Shown here piece by piece: positions 1 to 11,606 of a DNA stretch of 64,000 nucleotides. This DNA comes from Octopus sinensis (taxonomy: Eukaryota). The stretch lies in contig NC_043025.1 of the NCBI RefSeq assembly GCF_006345805.1, forward strand, positions 2,294,001 through 2,358,000, written 5' to 3'. The position numbers and the translations under genes are program-made. How positions within the stretch are numbered: the stretch's first letter is position 1; each line of letters starts with the position of its first letter. Under the pieces are notes generated by a model that saw nothing but the letters and a program-made list of their open reading frames with translations, made no database searches and had not been told where the DNA came from.

Positions 1-2864
1 AAACCTCTATGAATAAATTATGTAAATGTCCCACCCTGTGATTTTTATTTGTTCCTCAAGATGAAGGAGTTGAAGGGGACTGTAACAGGGGTCCTGGAGA
101 CACTCCCTTTCAGATGAGATTTCAGCTTAGGTCTGTAGATTATTTTTCGAAAGCTGCACCGTGAGAGGTTCCACAGCTTAATGTGCCCCTTGGTTATCCA
201 AACGATAATCGATGCGAGATGAAGAACTAATTTTAGTATAAATCATTTACGCAATTCGGTAGCATAATAACACCTACGTTTGATAGGTCCGAAGACGTCA
301 GTAGTAATACTGTTTGGAAACATGGCGGTTCTGTCCACTGACATGACAGGGGTTCCTCTGTCAAGCATCATGTCTATGTTACCGTTGGTGAATGAATGAG
401 GTTCAAACTAAGACTACGTCTGTCATATTGTTTCCTATGGCTTCAACTCTATGCGTAAATTGAATGAAGTATGGGTGCTATGCCTTGCCAAAGTGCAATC
501 CGTGTTTGGTCCAGTGCAATGTTTCATCCATATGAAGCATACCCAAACCCTAAACCTAACACTATATTTAGAGGCTGTTACCTATTCTATCGCGTACAGT
601 ATACTCATATACAACAACAAGCTATAGAAGAGTACCTATCTGTTAAATAATTTTTCTGAATTCAAATGTGGAATCCATTCTTTAGGATTACGTCTAGATT
701 TCAAGATACCCAAACCCTCAATTTTCACTATTTTCCTCATATTTAAGGGGAAATATATTGGGAAATGTAGTACGAATGTCTATTATGGTTTATCGATTGT
801 TTTATTAAAGGTCTGGTGTAAACATCAGGTAATGAAATAATGGCCGCAGCGAGCATTAGTCCCAGGGTATTTTAATGTGAATGAACAGACTTTAGTTCAG
901 CTGGAGAAAATCATCCAACATCCACTTCTTATCAAGGAAGATTGCAATTAAATACGATACTGGGCTATTGAGCTTCAGCACTGAAGAAAACCATTCAAAC
1001 ACAAATTCATGAAAAAATAGGCATGAACAATAATGTAAACTGTCTGTAGAAATTTAGAGATATTTGCTAGCTTTTCAATAGAAGTTCAAAAAATCCTAGC
1101 TTTGAAGACAATGCAATTTCTATGTATATTAGTACGTTCTTCATAAGCTGGTTTATTCAAAAACAAAACAAAGACATTCTGTGGATCCAGTATCTTAAAA
1201 TTCTGATGTGATCGTATTAAATTGATATCATTTTCGGATTCTGTGTGTCAAAAGACTCCCAGTTCGTCTCCAGTTCTTTCGTTAGCCTGACGATATTTCC
1301 AAAGTATTGTCTTGAATAAAGTTTAAATTGTTTATACACCAAGAACGGGGATATATATTTCATACCGTTGAATAAGGACAGATTTCATATTTTCTTTCGA
1401 GTAGGAGTAAAGCAGGCTTGAAACCGATTCCAGGATGACCAAGTCTAGAGGGAAGGAGAAAAGATGGTATCTTCAACTGAAGAATGTTTAAGACAATATG
1501 GACTTCACCAGAGGCACTTAAAATTACTAGGTGGCGTTTTGAACAGAGATGTGGTTAAGACTACCATTGAAATAGGCCATTAGAGACAGAGAAGGATACA
1601 GCATAGCCGTGGACATGGTGTTGAAAACACGGCATTTGTAAGGGGCTGAAGATTAGGCAAGTATCCTTCACAATCTTACTTGTAAACTTACACTTCGCTG
1701 AGCATTATTAGCAGTGAAGATCTTTCTTGGCGAAAGTAGATCCTTTGCATAGCTAGTACGGTATTTTAAAGTCCAATCCTTCTCTTTGCAGCCAAAACTT
1801 CAGACCATTTACAATGCTCAAGTGAAGCACACAATGAAGAAATCTTTCTACATCTGGAACGGTGATACACATCCGGGATTGCATCGAAAGAAGGGTGACG
1901 TGGCTAAATTTTACTCTATCCCTAACAGACATACTCTAACAGCTATCTCGCAGGCAGGATATCTCTTCTCTTTGTTTTGCCACTGTCACTGTCATGCTAC
2001 AGATTCTTGTAGGAGTTGGCTGAGCTCTTGACCCCACCAAGCAGGTACTACCGACTCGCTCGTCTATTCCTTTGCTCCTCGATCTTAAACCTCAGTTCGT
2101 TTTCAGTATTAACCTCTGTGCTAAACACTTCAACCCCTTCATCATTCCTGTAAATGTTGGCCTGTAGCAGCTTAAACAGAACGTCCATGGTATCTATCTC
2201 AGATTTCATTCAATTCGCGCTTAAATTATGAAAGATGAAAATACCTAACTTATCAAACAGAACATTGACTTTGCTATTCCACATCTTCAGATTTACGAGG
2301 TTTAAAGAATAACATTAACAAAACATTGCTATTTGCTTTACATTAGGATTTCTCAAATGGTTAAAATGTTCCAAATTTGTTGACAAATGGGACTGATCGA
2401 ATGAATCGATCCACTTTAGTATTTGAATATTTGATTAAAACTTGAAGTGATTAATGCTGTGATGCGAAGAGCGAGAGAAAAGATGGAGTAGAGGGAAGAA
2501 GCGGGTAAGGTGAAGAGCGAGAGAAAAACAGGCAGAGAGAAAAGGAGGGAGAGAAAAAGAGGGTAAGAGAAGCGTCTATGACGTGTGGTAGGGGGAACGT
2601 AATAGTTATTACGTGGTTAAAAATGTTAGTTGAAGGTAGTGATATAGAGGAGAGTGAGAAACAGAATTGTAGCAGAGGATCGATGTTCTGATGGTGAGAT
2701 TAAAGATAGGCAGAGAAAGAGAGAGAGAGAGAGATGATGATGTTTAATGTGTTGGTGGTGTTAGTGGTGGAGGTGGAGGTTGCGTTGGTGAGTGTGTGTG
2801 AAGAGTGTAATGTTTTTAATTGATATATTCTTTTAATACCACCTATTACTTAAAGCATGCGCAT
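1..2864. repeat. Segmental duplication block A, copy 1 (inverted copy at 42043-45385)
   Basis: Base 1 aaacctctatgaataaattatgtaa is the reverse complement of ~45361-45385. ORF 1786-2031(+) and ORF 43029-43274(-) give near-identical 81-aa translations. Homology ends at gcatgcgcat (2864/42043). Confidence 0.95.
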
Positions 2865-2879
2865 GTCGGAAGCGACACC

Positions 2880-2947
2880 TACTGGCTGGCTACGCTGCAT
2901 TGAAAAGGGGCAATACCCCGAAACGCGTCTGTAGCTGCCGGTCAAGT
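2880..2947 (+). ncRNA. Type I hammerhead ribozyme motif (U3-A8 core variant) in a PLE-like 3' remnant (~2865-3092)
   Basis: gctgca-TTGAAAA-gggg caata cccc-GAAA-cgcg-TC-tgtagc: stem I, core, stem II hairpin, palindromic stem III and GUC site. Stem I is extended by tggctggc/gccggtca. Confidence 0.8.
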
Positions 2948-3093
2948 AGTGTGGAGCGACTGTCCTCCCTTGTTCGAAGGTTATATGGATACAGTTTGTG
3001 TATCAAATAGCTAACTTAAGGCGATGGCCTCATGGACTAATAAGGACAGCTTTTCTTATTATTATAAGAATGCCATATTAGTATGGCGATAAC

Positions 3094-3192
<99 letters not shown>

Positions 3193-4199
3193 ATATATAT
3201 AAACAAAGTTGAGTTGTAGGGTATCTCACGAGCGGAATTATAAGAAGGTTTGAAAATGCAATTTAAAAGATGTTTATTTACTTAACCGGTTTCACTCTTT
3301 GGAAAAAAGTTTGTCAAAATTAACATATGGAAGTTTGGTTGCGTTAATTATTGGTTGTTGCAAATTGCTACATTACATGTATATATACAGTCTTTGGTAA
3401 CAGGGACATGTTAAGGACATAAAAATGTACAACAGTATGATGAGAATATAAAGAGGTTTAACAAGCTCATTGAAAAAATGGGCAGAAAAGATTAAAACAA
3501 ATATATTATACATCTCAGGGTAATTTCCAGGAGGAATTATCAAAAAAAGTTCAGTACAGAATATTATGAATTCAAAAAGATTTTTACATTAAGATTTGCA
3601 TTAATGTAGTGGCGAGGTTGTTTACTGACCTGTCCGTTTTAGCAGAAATGTGGAATTGAAAAAGATGTACCCGTTTTTTTCTTTTTTTGGCTCTCCTTCA
3701 AGCATCAATGATTTGGGGGTTAGGATGAGGTGAATATGTGTGTCTCTGCGTGTATGTGTGCGTGCATACATATACATGTGGTGTGAATAGATGTGTCTGT
3801 GAGTCTGTAGTATTTGGTCAGATGGTATCTGTTTGGCAAGTGTGTGTGGTTGTCATGGTGTTGTGTGTGCGTGTGTGTGCGCCCGCGTGTGTCTGTGTGC
3901 GTGCGTGTGTACGCATGTATGATTGTGGATGGCATTTGACATGGTGTTGCGTGTGTATATATGTGCCTGTATGGAGGTGAGATCGGTGTGAGTGTGTGTG
4001 TCCCTGTGTGTGTGCATATACACGTATACAAGTGTCTGCGTGTGTGTGGGGGCTGTTTTTGATTGGTTCCAGGGTGGTGAAAATAGATGTGTGTTGTTTA
4101 AAGAATTTTTTGGGGTAGGATGGTGTGTGTATATATGCGTATATATGAGGGATCGACGTACAAGTTCCGGTCGGGACACGCATTCATCATAAAAAATAA

Positions 4200-4502
4200 T
4201 TCACGTGCGCATCACAAAATTTACTCTACGTCATAAGGTGTGAAGGATGCCACGAAGACTACATAGGGCAAACGAGCCTTACCCTCAGAGAAAGAATGAC
4301 AGTTCACCGACAACAACTGAGGGACCCCTCCACAAGACAGATGCCACTAAGTGGACACTTAGACCTTGGTGCACACAATAAGTCCCCCAAATTATTAGTC
4401 TTCCCTCTATACCAATGCTCGGACAACACCACAGACCAAACCCGAATAAATAGGGAAAGTAATCTTATTCAAAAATACAGACCACAACTAAACATACTCT
4501 AA
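4200..4502 (+). pseudogene. PLE GIY-YIG endonuclease C-terminal fragment
   Basis: Extending ORF 4296-4502 upstream in frame gives FTCASQNLLYVIRCEGCHEDYIGQTSLTLRERMTVH...RESNLIQKYRPQLN. Confidence 0.85.
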
Positions 4503-4639
4503 CATACCCCCTAGGCACACATCCAGAACAAGCACACAAAGACACGCGCACACTCGCAACGTATCATGCAAGCGGACACATGCACGCATCGGCACACATA
4601 GGGCGCACAAGCAGGCATTGACCACACACATACGCGGCA

Positions 4640-5790
4640 CGCACACGCATGCATTATATATATGTATGTTATGTATGTATGTGTGTGTTGTGTGGGTTGT
4701 GTGTGAGTGTGCTGTGTGTGTGTGTGTGCGCGAGTGTGTGTGTGTGTGTGCATTGTGTGTTTGTATGTATTTATATGTGTATATGTTTTATATATATGTA
4801 TATATGTGTGTGTTGTGTGTGTGTATGCATTGTATATGTGTATATGTGAGTGCATTGTTTGTGTGTGTGTGTGGTATGTAGATATATATGTGTGTGTACA
4901 CTATATTTTTGTATTTTGTGTGTGTGCATTATATATATGTATGTGTATATGTGTGAATATATATATATATATGTATGTGCATTGTGTACATGTATATCAT
5001 ATGTATGTGTGTTGTATATGTATGTGTACATTATGTGTATATGTATGTGTATATATGCATTGTATATATGTATATTGTATGTGTGTGTATATGCATAAAT
5101 ACATGTATATACATTACATGTATATATATGTATGCATTGTGTATGTGTATGTTATGTGTATATATGTTATATATATGTGTATATGTATATGTATACATTG
5201 TATGTATGTATATTGTGTGTATATGTGGTATATTTATGTATGTGTATGTAAACATTATATATATGTATATATGTATATATGTATATGCATTGTCTATATA
5301 TATATATTATATGTATGTATTGTGTATGTATGCTATATGTATATATTGTGTATGTGTATTATATATATGCTGTGAATGTGTATTGTATGTATATATGTGT
5401 TAGGTGTATATGTGTTGTATTTATATTATGTATGTATGTGTGCGTGTGTTGTGTGTGTGTTGTGTGTGTGTTGTGTGTGTGTATGTTGTGTGTGTGTGTT
5501 ATATGTGTGAATATTACATATAAATATATTTAATATATGTGTGTTGTGTGTGTTCTGTATGTATGTGTGTTGTGTGTATGTGTGTGTGTGTTGTGTGTGT
5601 GTATATTATGTGTGTATGTGTGTTGTGTGTGTGTGGAGTGTGTGTGCGTGGGGGGAGCTGAGATACGTGTGTGTGTGTGGTGTGTATGTGTATGATGTAT
5701 TTGTGTGTGTGTTATATATGTATATGTAGTGTGTGTGTATGGCCCGCACACACGCGTAGACGCGCACGCGCACGCGCACGGGCGGGCACG
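4640..5790. repeat. Degenerate (GT)n/(AT)n purine-pyrimidine alternating tract
   Basis: Seen directly; source of the Val/Cys/Tyr and His/Thr ORFs. Confidence 0.95.
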
Positions 5791-6594
5791 CATATATACA
5801 CACACCATCCTACCCCAAAAAATTCTTTAAACAACACACATCTACTTTCACCAACCTGGAACCAATCCAAAACAGGCCCCCCACACACGCAAACGCTTGT
5901 ATACGTCTATGTGCATGCACACAGGGACACACACACTCACACCGATCTCGCCTCCATGCAGGCACATATATACACACGCAACACCATGTCAAATGCCATC
6001 CACAATCATACATGCGTACACACACACACACGCGCACACACACGCACACACAACACCATGACAACCACACACACTTGACAAACAGACACCATCTGACCAA
6101 ATACTACAGACACACAGACACATCTATTCACACCACATGTATATGTATGCACGCACACATACACGCAGAGATACACATATTCACCTCATCCTAACCCCAA
6201 ATTCATTGATGCTTGAAGGAGAGCCAAAAAAAGGAAAAAAAACGGTACATCTTTTTCAATTCCACATTTTGCTAAAAAGGACAGGTCAGTAAACAAACCT
6301 CGCCACTACATTAATGCAAATCTTAATGTAAAAATCTTTTTGAATTCATAATATTCTGTACTGAACTTTTTTGATAATTCCTCCTGGAAATTACCCTGAG
6401 AGATGTATAATATATTTAATCTTTGTTTTTTTCTGCCCATTTTTTCAATGAGCTTGTTAAACCTCTTTATATTCTCATCATACTGTTGTACATTTTTATG
6501 TCCTTAACATGTCCCTGTTACCAAAGACTGTATATATACATGTAATGTAGTAATTTGCAACAACCAATAATTAACGCAACCAAACTTCCATATG

Positions 6595-6639
6595 TTACTT
6601 TTGACAATCTTTTTCCAAAGAGTGAAACCGGTTAAGTAA
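6595..6639 (+). ncRNA. Hammerhead-like motif (TTGACAA core); related copies at ~3277-3325(-), ~20875-20922(-), ~21457-21502(+)
   Basis: ttactt-TTGACAA-tcttt ttcc aaaga gt-GAAA-ccgg-TT-aagtaa. The 20.9 and 21.5 kb copies read GAAAccggTCaagtaa. Confidence 0.65.
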
Positions 6640-6699
6640 ATAAACATCTTTTAAATTGCATTTTCAAACCATCTTTGGTATATATATATATATATATAA

Positions 6700-6734
<35 letters not shown>

Positions 6735-6759
6735 GTGTATGTCTGTGTGTCTGTGTTTG

Positions 6760-7560
6760 TGTGTCTGTGTGTGTCTCCCCAACATCGCCTGACAACCAAT
6801 CCTGGTGTGTGTACGTTCATGTAACTTGGTGGTTCGGCAAAAGAAACCGATAGAATAAGTACTAGGCCTACAAAGAATAAGTCCTGGGGTCGATTTGATC
6901 GATGTTTCTTTATTTCTCTCCCCTTAATGTCACTCTCTTTATAAAATTGATCAGTGTGTCCAATCTCAGCAAAATCCGAAGAAAAATGGTAAGGTTATAT
7001 CATAAAACAGATTCCAGGTGACCATTTACACGAAAATATCCCATAGACACTTAAATCTCAGTACATTATATGAATAACAAATGTTTCATACGTCGAAGTG
7101 CTTAATTTTGCTCACGGTTTAAATTTTCTTCAAAATCAGTCCATTATTTTATTGTGAATGATTTGAGGATTTCCGCCTATCACTAGTTTAATTTTAAATT
7201 CTTCTACATGTCTCCGACATTAAACTTTACCTAAAAGTCAAACTTCATCAAAATCGGATGAATTCTGTAAAAGTTACTGTATAAAATAATAATCCTATGG
7301 GTGATTGCATGCAAAAAGCCTATTGATTTCTTAAAATCTCCCGCCCACGCGCAGATATCGATTCTTTGTCAACTCTTCATGCTGGCATCAGCTAATACAC
7401 ATGAACTATAATCACGTATAAAATTTCTACAAAATCGATAAGAATGTGTCTAAGAAAATTCTTATTTGCATTTATACCTATTTCAAGCCATTTTGAATTA
7501 AATAAATACCTTCACCCTCTCCCCACCAAACATTTACCTACACTTCATATCCCAATAAAT
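6760..7560. repeat. SINE fragment (6760-6902) plus AT-rich repeat 'Y' with catcaaaatcggatgaa motifs; inverted copy at ~40600-41140
   Basis: Matches 40600-41140 as reverse complement, including the same SINE junction. Related to 36380-37000 and 60300-60980. Confidence 0.8.
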
Positions 7561-7574
7561 TCGGATAATAATAA

Positions 7575-10500
7575 GTTGCTGACCCGCCACAGGCCGCCTG
7601 CTTCATTGGGTGCTTGGAGCTAAGAGTTTGACTTGAAAAACGGCCTACAACCTCTGCACCAGGCAAACAACTAAAAGACAAGGAACAACCAATCCCGCGG
7701 TTAGCAAGCTTGAATGTCAGGACCATGTGCCCTGGCATATCTCATGATCTACTCAGGGTTGAAGACACAAGAAAGACAGCCATCATTGACCGTGAGATAA
7801 AGAGGCTTAACACAGACACTGCTGGGCTGCAAGAGACAAGACTTCCCTCAAATGGCAAACTCGAAGAACAGGATTTCACCTTCTTTTGGCAGGGAAGCGA
7901 TCTAGAAGAACCTCGTCCGCATGGCGTTGGCTTTGCAGTGAGAAACTCATTACTCTCCTCAATAGAACCACCATCAGGAGACACTGAGCGTATCCTCTCA
8001 CTGCGCCTCTCAACTTCTTCTGGTTCAGTACATCTACTGAGCATCTATGCTCCCACTATCTATAGCCCAGTGGAGACCAAGGACCAGTTCTACGAAGATC
8101 TCAACTGTGTCATTTAAAATATACCAACAAATGAAAACATCTACCTTCTAGGAGATTCGTGGCAAATTTGTGTTGGACACCCTGATATTGGCAAAATGAA
8201 TGACAATGGTCAGAGACTACTTGAAATTTGCACATACCATAACCTGTGCATCACCAACACATTCTTTGCCAACAAGACATCACACAAGGCATCTTGGAGA
8301 AATCCAAGATCTCACCACAGGCATCAGATGGATCTCATCATTGCACGAAGATCCTTTCTGAATTCTGTTCACCTGACCCGTATTTACCACACAAATCACT
8401 CACTAATTGGAAGCATGGTGAGGATCCTGCCTAAAAAAGTCCATCACTTCAAGAAAATGGGCCGACCACGCATTAACACTGCCAGAAACCCCGACCCTAC
8501 ACTGCGACAATGTTTTGCTATTTCTATCAAAGTTGCCCTCAGTAGCTGCCCAAACTCCTCTGCTGAAAGTAGGTGGAATTATATTAGGGAATCTTTGAAT
8601 ACCATATCAATAGATACTTTCGGCATGAGAGAAAGTCAAAACCCAGATTTTGTTCAGTGCTGGGCTCTCAGAGCTGGAACCAGTTATCAAAGCAAAGCGT
8701 GCAGCTCTGATGCAATACAAGAGTGATTCTTCTACAAAATCAATAGAATAAATCTGAAAGGCAAAAATATAACCCAACTGACAGCCAGACACTGTGCAAA
8801 GAGGTATTTGGCAGGTAATCTGTCAGAGTATCCAGTCAGCTGCCGACAATGGCGACAACCGTGGGGTGTATGCCGGTTTGAAGAAGGACCCTCGGTCCAT
8901 CCGCAACCAAGTCAGCCCCTCTGAAATCAACTACTGGAGATCTCATCAAGGACCAAAGCAAGAAAATGGATAGATGGGTGGAGTACTACCAGGATCTCTA
9001 CTCACGAGAGACCACGGTAGCTGAGGCTGCAATCGAGAGTGTCAAGATCTTGCCAGTCATGTGAGAACTTCACAGTCCACCCTCTATAGCAGAGCTCAAC
9101 AAGGCTATTGACTCCCTAGCAAGTAACAAGGCTCCGGGAAAAGACGGCATCCACTCAGAGATAATCAAAGCCGGCAAAAACACCATCCTGCTTCGGCACC
9201 ATCATGAGCTTCTGTGTCAGTGCTGGGAAGAGGGTACAGTTCCTCAAGATATGCGGGATGCTAACATCATTACGCTTTACAAAAACAAAGGTGACTCTGG
9301 TGATTGTAACAATTATCGTGGAATATCTCTTCTACGCACTGTTGGAAAGACCTTTGCTCACGTTATCCTGCTCAGGGTACAACTGCTTGCTTCTCGAATT
9401 CATCCGAAATTGCTGTGTGGCTTTAGAAGGAGCAGATAAACTATTGACATGATATCCTCCATACGCCAACTTCAGGAGAAGTCCAGAGAGCAGAAAATTC
9501 CATTACATATGGCCTTCATTGGTAAGTAGAAAAGGCCACTTCATCCTGCTCCAAAAAATCGGATGTCCACCAAAGCTGCTGAGGATCATGAAATCTTTCC
9601 ATGACGATATGCAAGGCACCATACAGCACAATGGTTCAACAACAGCCGCCTTCCAAATAAAAAACGGAGTAAAGCAAGGTTGTGTCCTTGTTCCTACATT
9701 ATTTGGCATCTTCTTCTCGCTGCTGCTCTCACATGCCTTTCAGACATCAGATGATGGAGTGTTTCTGAAGAGTAGAAGTGACTGGAGACTGTTCAATCTT
9801 TCACGCCTGCGTGGCAAGACCAAAATCAGAAGCGTCCTGCTCAGGGAAATGCTATTTGCTGATGATGCCGCTCTGGTATCACACACAGAAGAAGCCCTAC
9901 AAAGGCTCATCAGCTGTTGTGAGCAGGCATGTAACGATTTTGGCTTAGCTATCAGCCTCAAGAAGACCAACATCATGGGTCGGGCTATACCAGACATCCC
10001 AAACATACATATTGGAGACCACAGATTACAGGAGGTGGAGAGTTTTACCTATCTTGGCTCTACCGTCACCTACAACCTACCCCTTGATGTTGAGCTCAAT
10101 ATACGCATTGTCAAGGCAGCTGCTGTGATGGCCCAACTCTCGAAACGAGCATGGGTCATCATTAAGCTGACCAAGAACACAAAAATGAAGATTTACCAGG
10201 CATGTGTACTTAGCACTCAACTGTATGGAAGTGAGACTTGGACGCCATTCACACGCCAAGAGCGTCGCCTAAATAACTTTCCCCTGCGCTGCCTCTGGAA
10301 AAGCCGTCGCATCAAATAGCAGAATCATGTCCCCAACAAAGATGTCCTCAAGCAAGCTGGAATACTAAGCATGTTTGCACTCCTCACACAAAGACTTATG
10401 AGATGGCATGGACATGTTAGCCGTATGGGAGATGGCAGAATCCCCAAGGACATATTCTACAGAGAGCTTACTAGGTGCACAAGGTCTGCAGGTAGACCGT

Positions 10501-10873
10501 TCTTACGATACAAGGATGTTTGCCAAAGGGACATGAAGGCCTGAAACATTAATATTAGCATCTTGGAATCAGTTGCCAGCAACCGTGGAGATTGGTGACG
10601 TACCGTAAAAGAAGGAATACAAAGTAGTAACGGAGAGTGAGAGAGGAGAAATGGAAAGACAAGAAAAGATGTCAACAAGAAACTATGACATTACAACCAG
10701 CCAGGAAAAGTCTTCGCTACATTTGCAGCACCTGCCAGAGGAAGTGTTTGTCCAGGATACGACTACACAGCCACAGCAGGAAATGTATTAGGACATGAAA
10801 TGTAAAAAGCCGGACTAGATTATTTTATGCGCAACTCCATTGTCTCCCGAGACAAAAAGGATGCCAACAACAA
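7575..10873 (+). mobile_element. RTE-clade (BovB-like) LINE, near full length, inactivated
   Basis: APE endonuclease (LNVRTM, LQETRL, GVGFAVRN, SIYAPT) and RT (KAPGKDG, NYRGISLL, GVKQGCVLVPTLF, LFADD, FTYLGS, LYGSETW), with stops and frameshifts. Ends ...gatgccaacaacaa. Confidence 0.93.
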
Positions 10874-10967
10874 TTTTAATTATCAGTGTAACAAAATAAA
10901 TAAGTTAACATTTTTAATGTCCTAAAGTTGATGAACCAACTATTGTTCTCCTCCATTTTCTTATTTG

Positions 10968-11007
<40 letters not shown>

Positions 11008-11242
11008 ATATAATATAATATAAAGTTATATCTTGAGTGACAACAACGCTCAAGATATACAACGGACTCGAAATAGAAGTGCTCTAATGAGCTGTATACA
11101 CTTTTTTTATATCCGAGGGGAGGCAATGCGAGCAACAACTACAGGACCATCACAAAATCTACAGAAACACCAAATACATACAAATCTTCATATACTCATT
11201 TATATCTATAATGCCCGACATTTAAAAATTAAAAAAAATAGT

Positions 11243-11565
11243 AAGGGTAAAGACCCCCTTCGGTCATGAGTGACCATGGGATTGCACCTAGAAAATTACC
11301 CTCCTAGACACAAGTCCGGCAAGATTGTTTATGGAAGACCAGCAGTCGCCCATTCATACCAGGCTCCCCTCTCCACGCCACCAGTGTTATCGACAAAGGT
11401 CGATACAGCTTGGCACCAGTGACGTCGCAACTCATTTCTACAGCTGAGTGAACTGGAGCAACGTGAAGTAAAGTGCCTTGTTCAAGAACACAACACGCAG
11501 CCCGGTCCGGGATTCAAGCTCACAACCTCACGATCGTAAGCTCGACGCTCTAACCACTGAGCCAT
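11243..11565 (-). mobile_element. tRNA-derived SINE
   Basis: Minus-strand head tggctcagtggttagagcgtcgagcttacgatcgtgaggttgtgagcttgaatcccgg (A/B boxes). Same family as 19802-20118. Confidence 0.85.
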
Positions 11566-11606
11566 AATATATAAATATATCATATAAAAATATAAATTTT
11601 GCATAT

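Larger units (their letters stand above)
3201..6678 (+). mobile_element. 5'-truncated Penelope-like element with an inverted copy of its 3' end (arms ~3247-4145 / ~5790-6670)
   Basis: ~900-bp inverted arms enclose a GIY-YIG fragment and a (GT/AT)n tract. Hammerhead motifs lie near the outer ends, and both sides are flanked by (TA)n. Confidence 0.85.

Noticed and set aside
1786-2031. 81-aa ORF conserved in both copies of block A as a real gene
   Set aside because: TTG start, no recognisable domain, and the copies are too similar for ORF retention to imply selection.
3720-6194. Many 60-220 aa Cys/Val/Tyr or His/Thr ORFs
   Set aside because: Translations of (GT)n/(AT)n tracts, open in several frames on both strands.
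11495-11565. tRNA genes at SINE heads (also 19802, 39619, 41345, 61220)
   Set aside because: The A/B boxes continue into shared SINE bodies and there is no complete cloverleaf acceptor stem.
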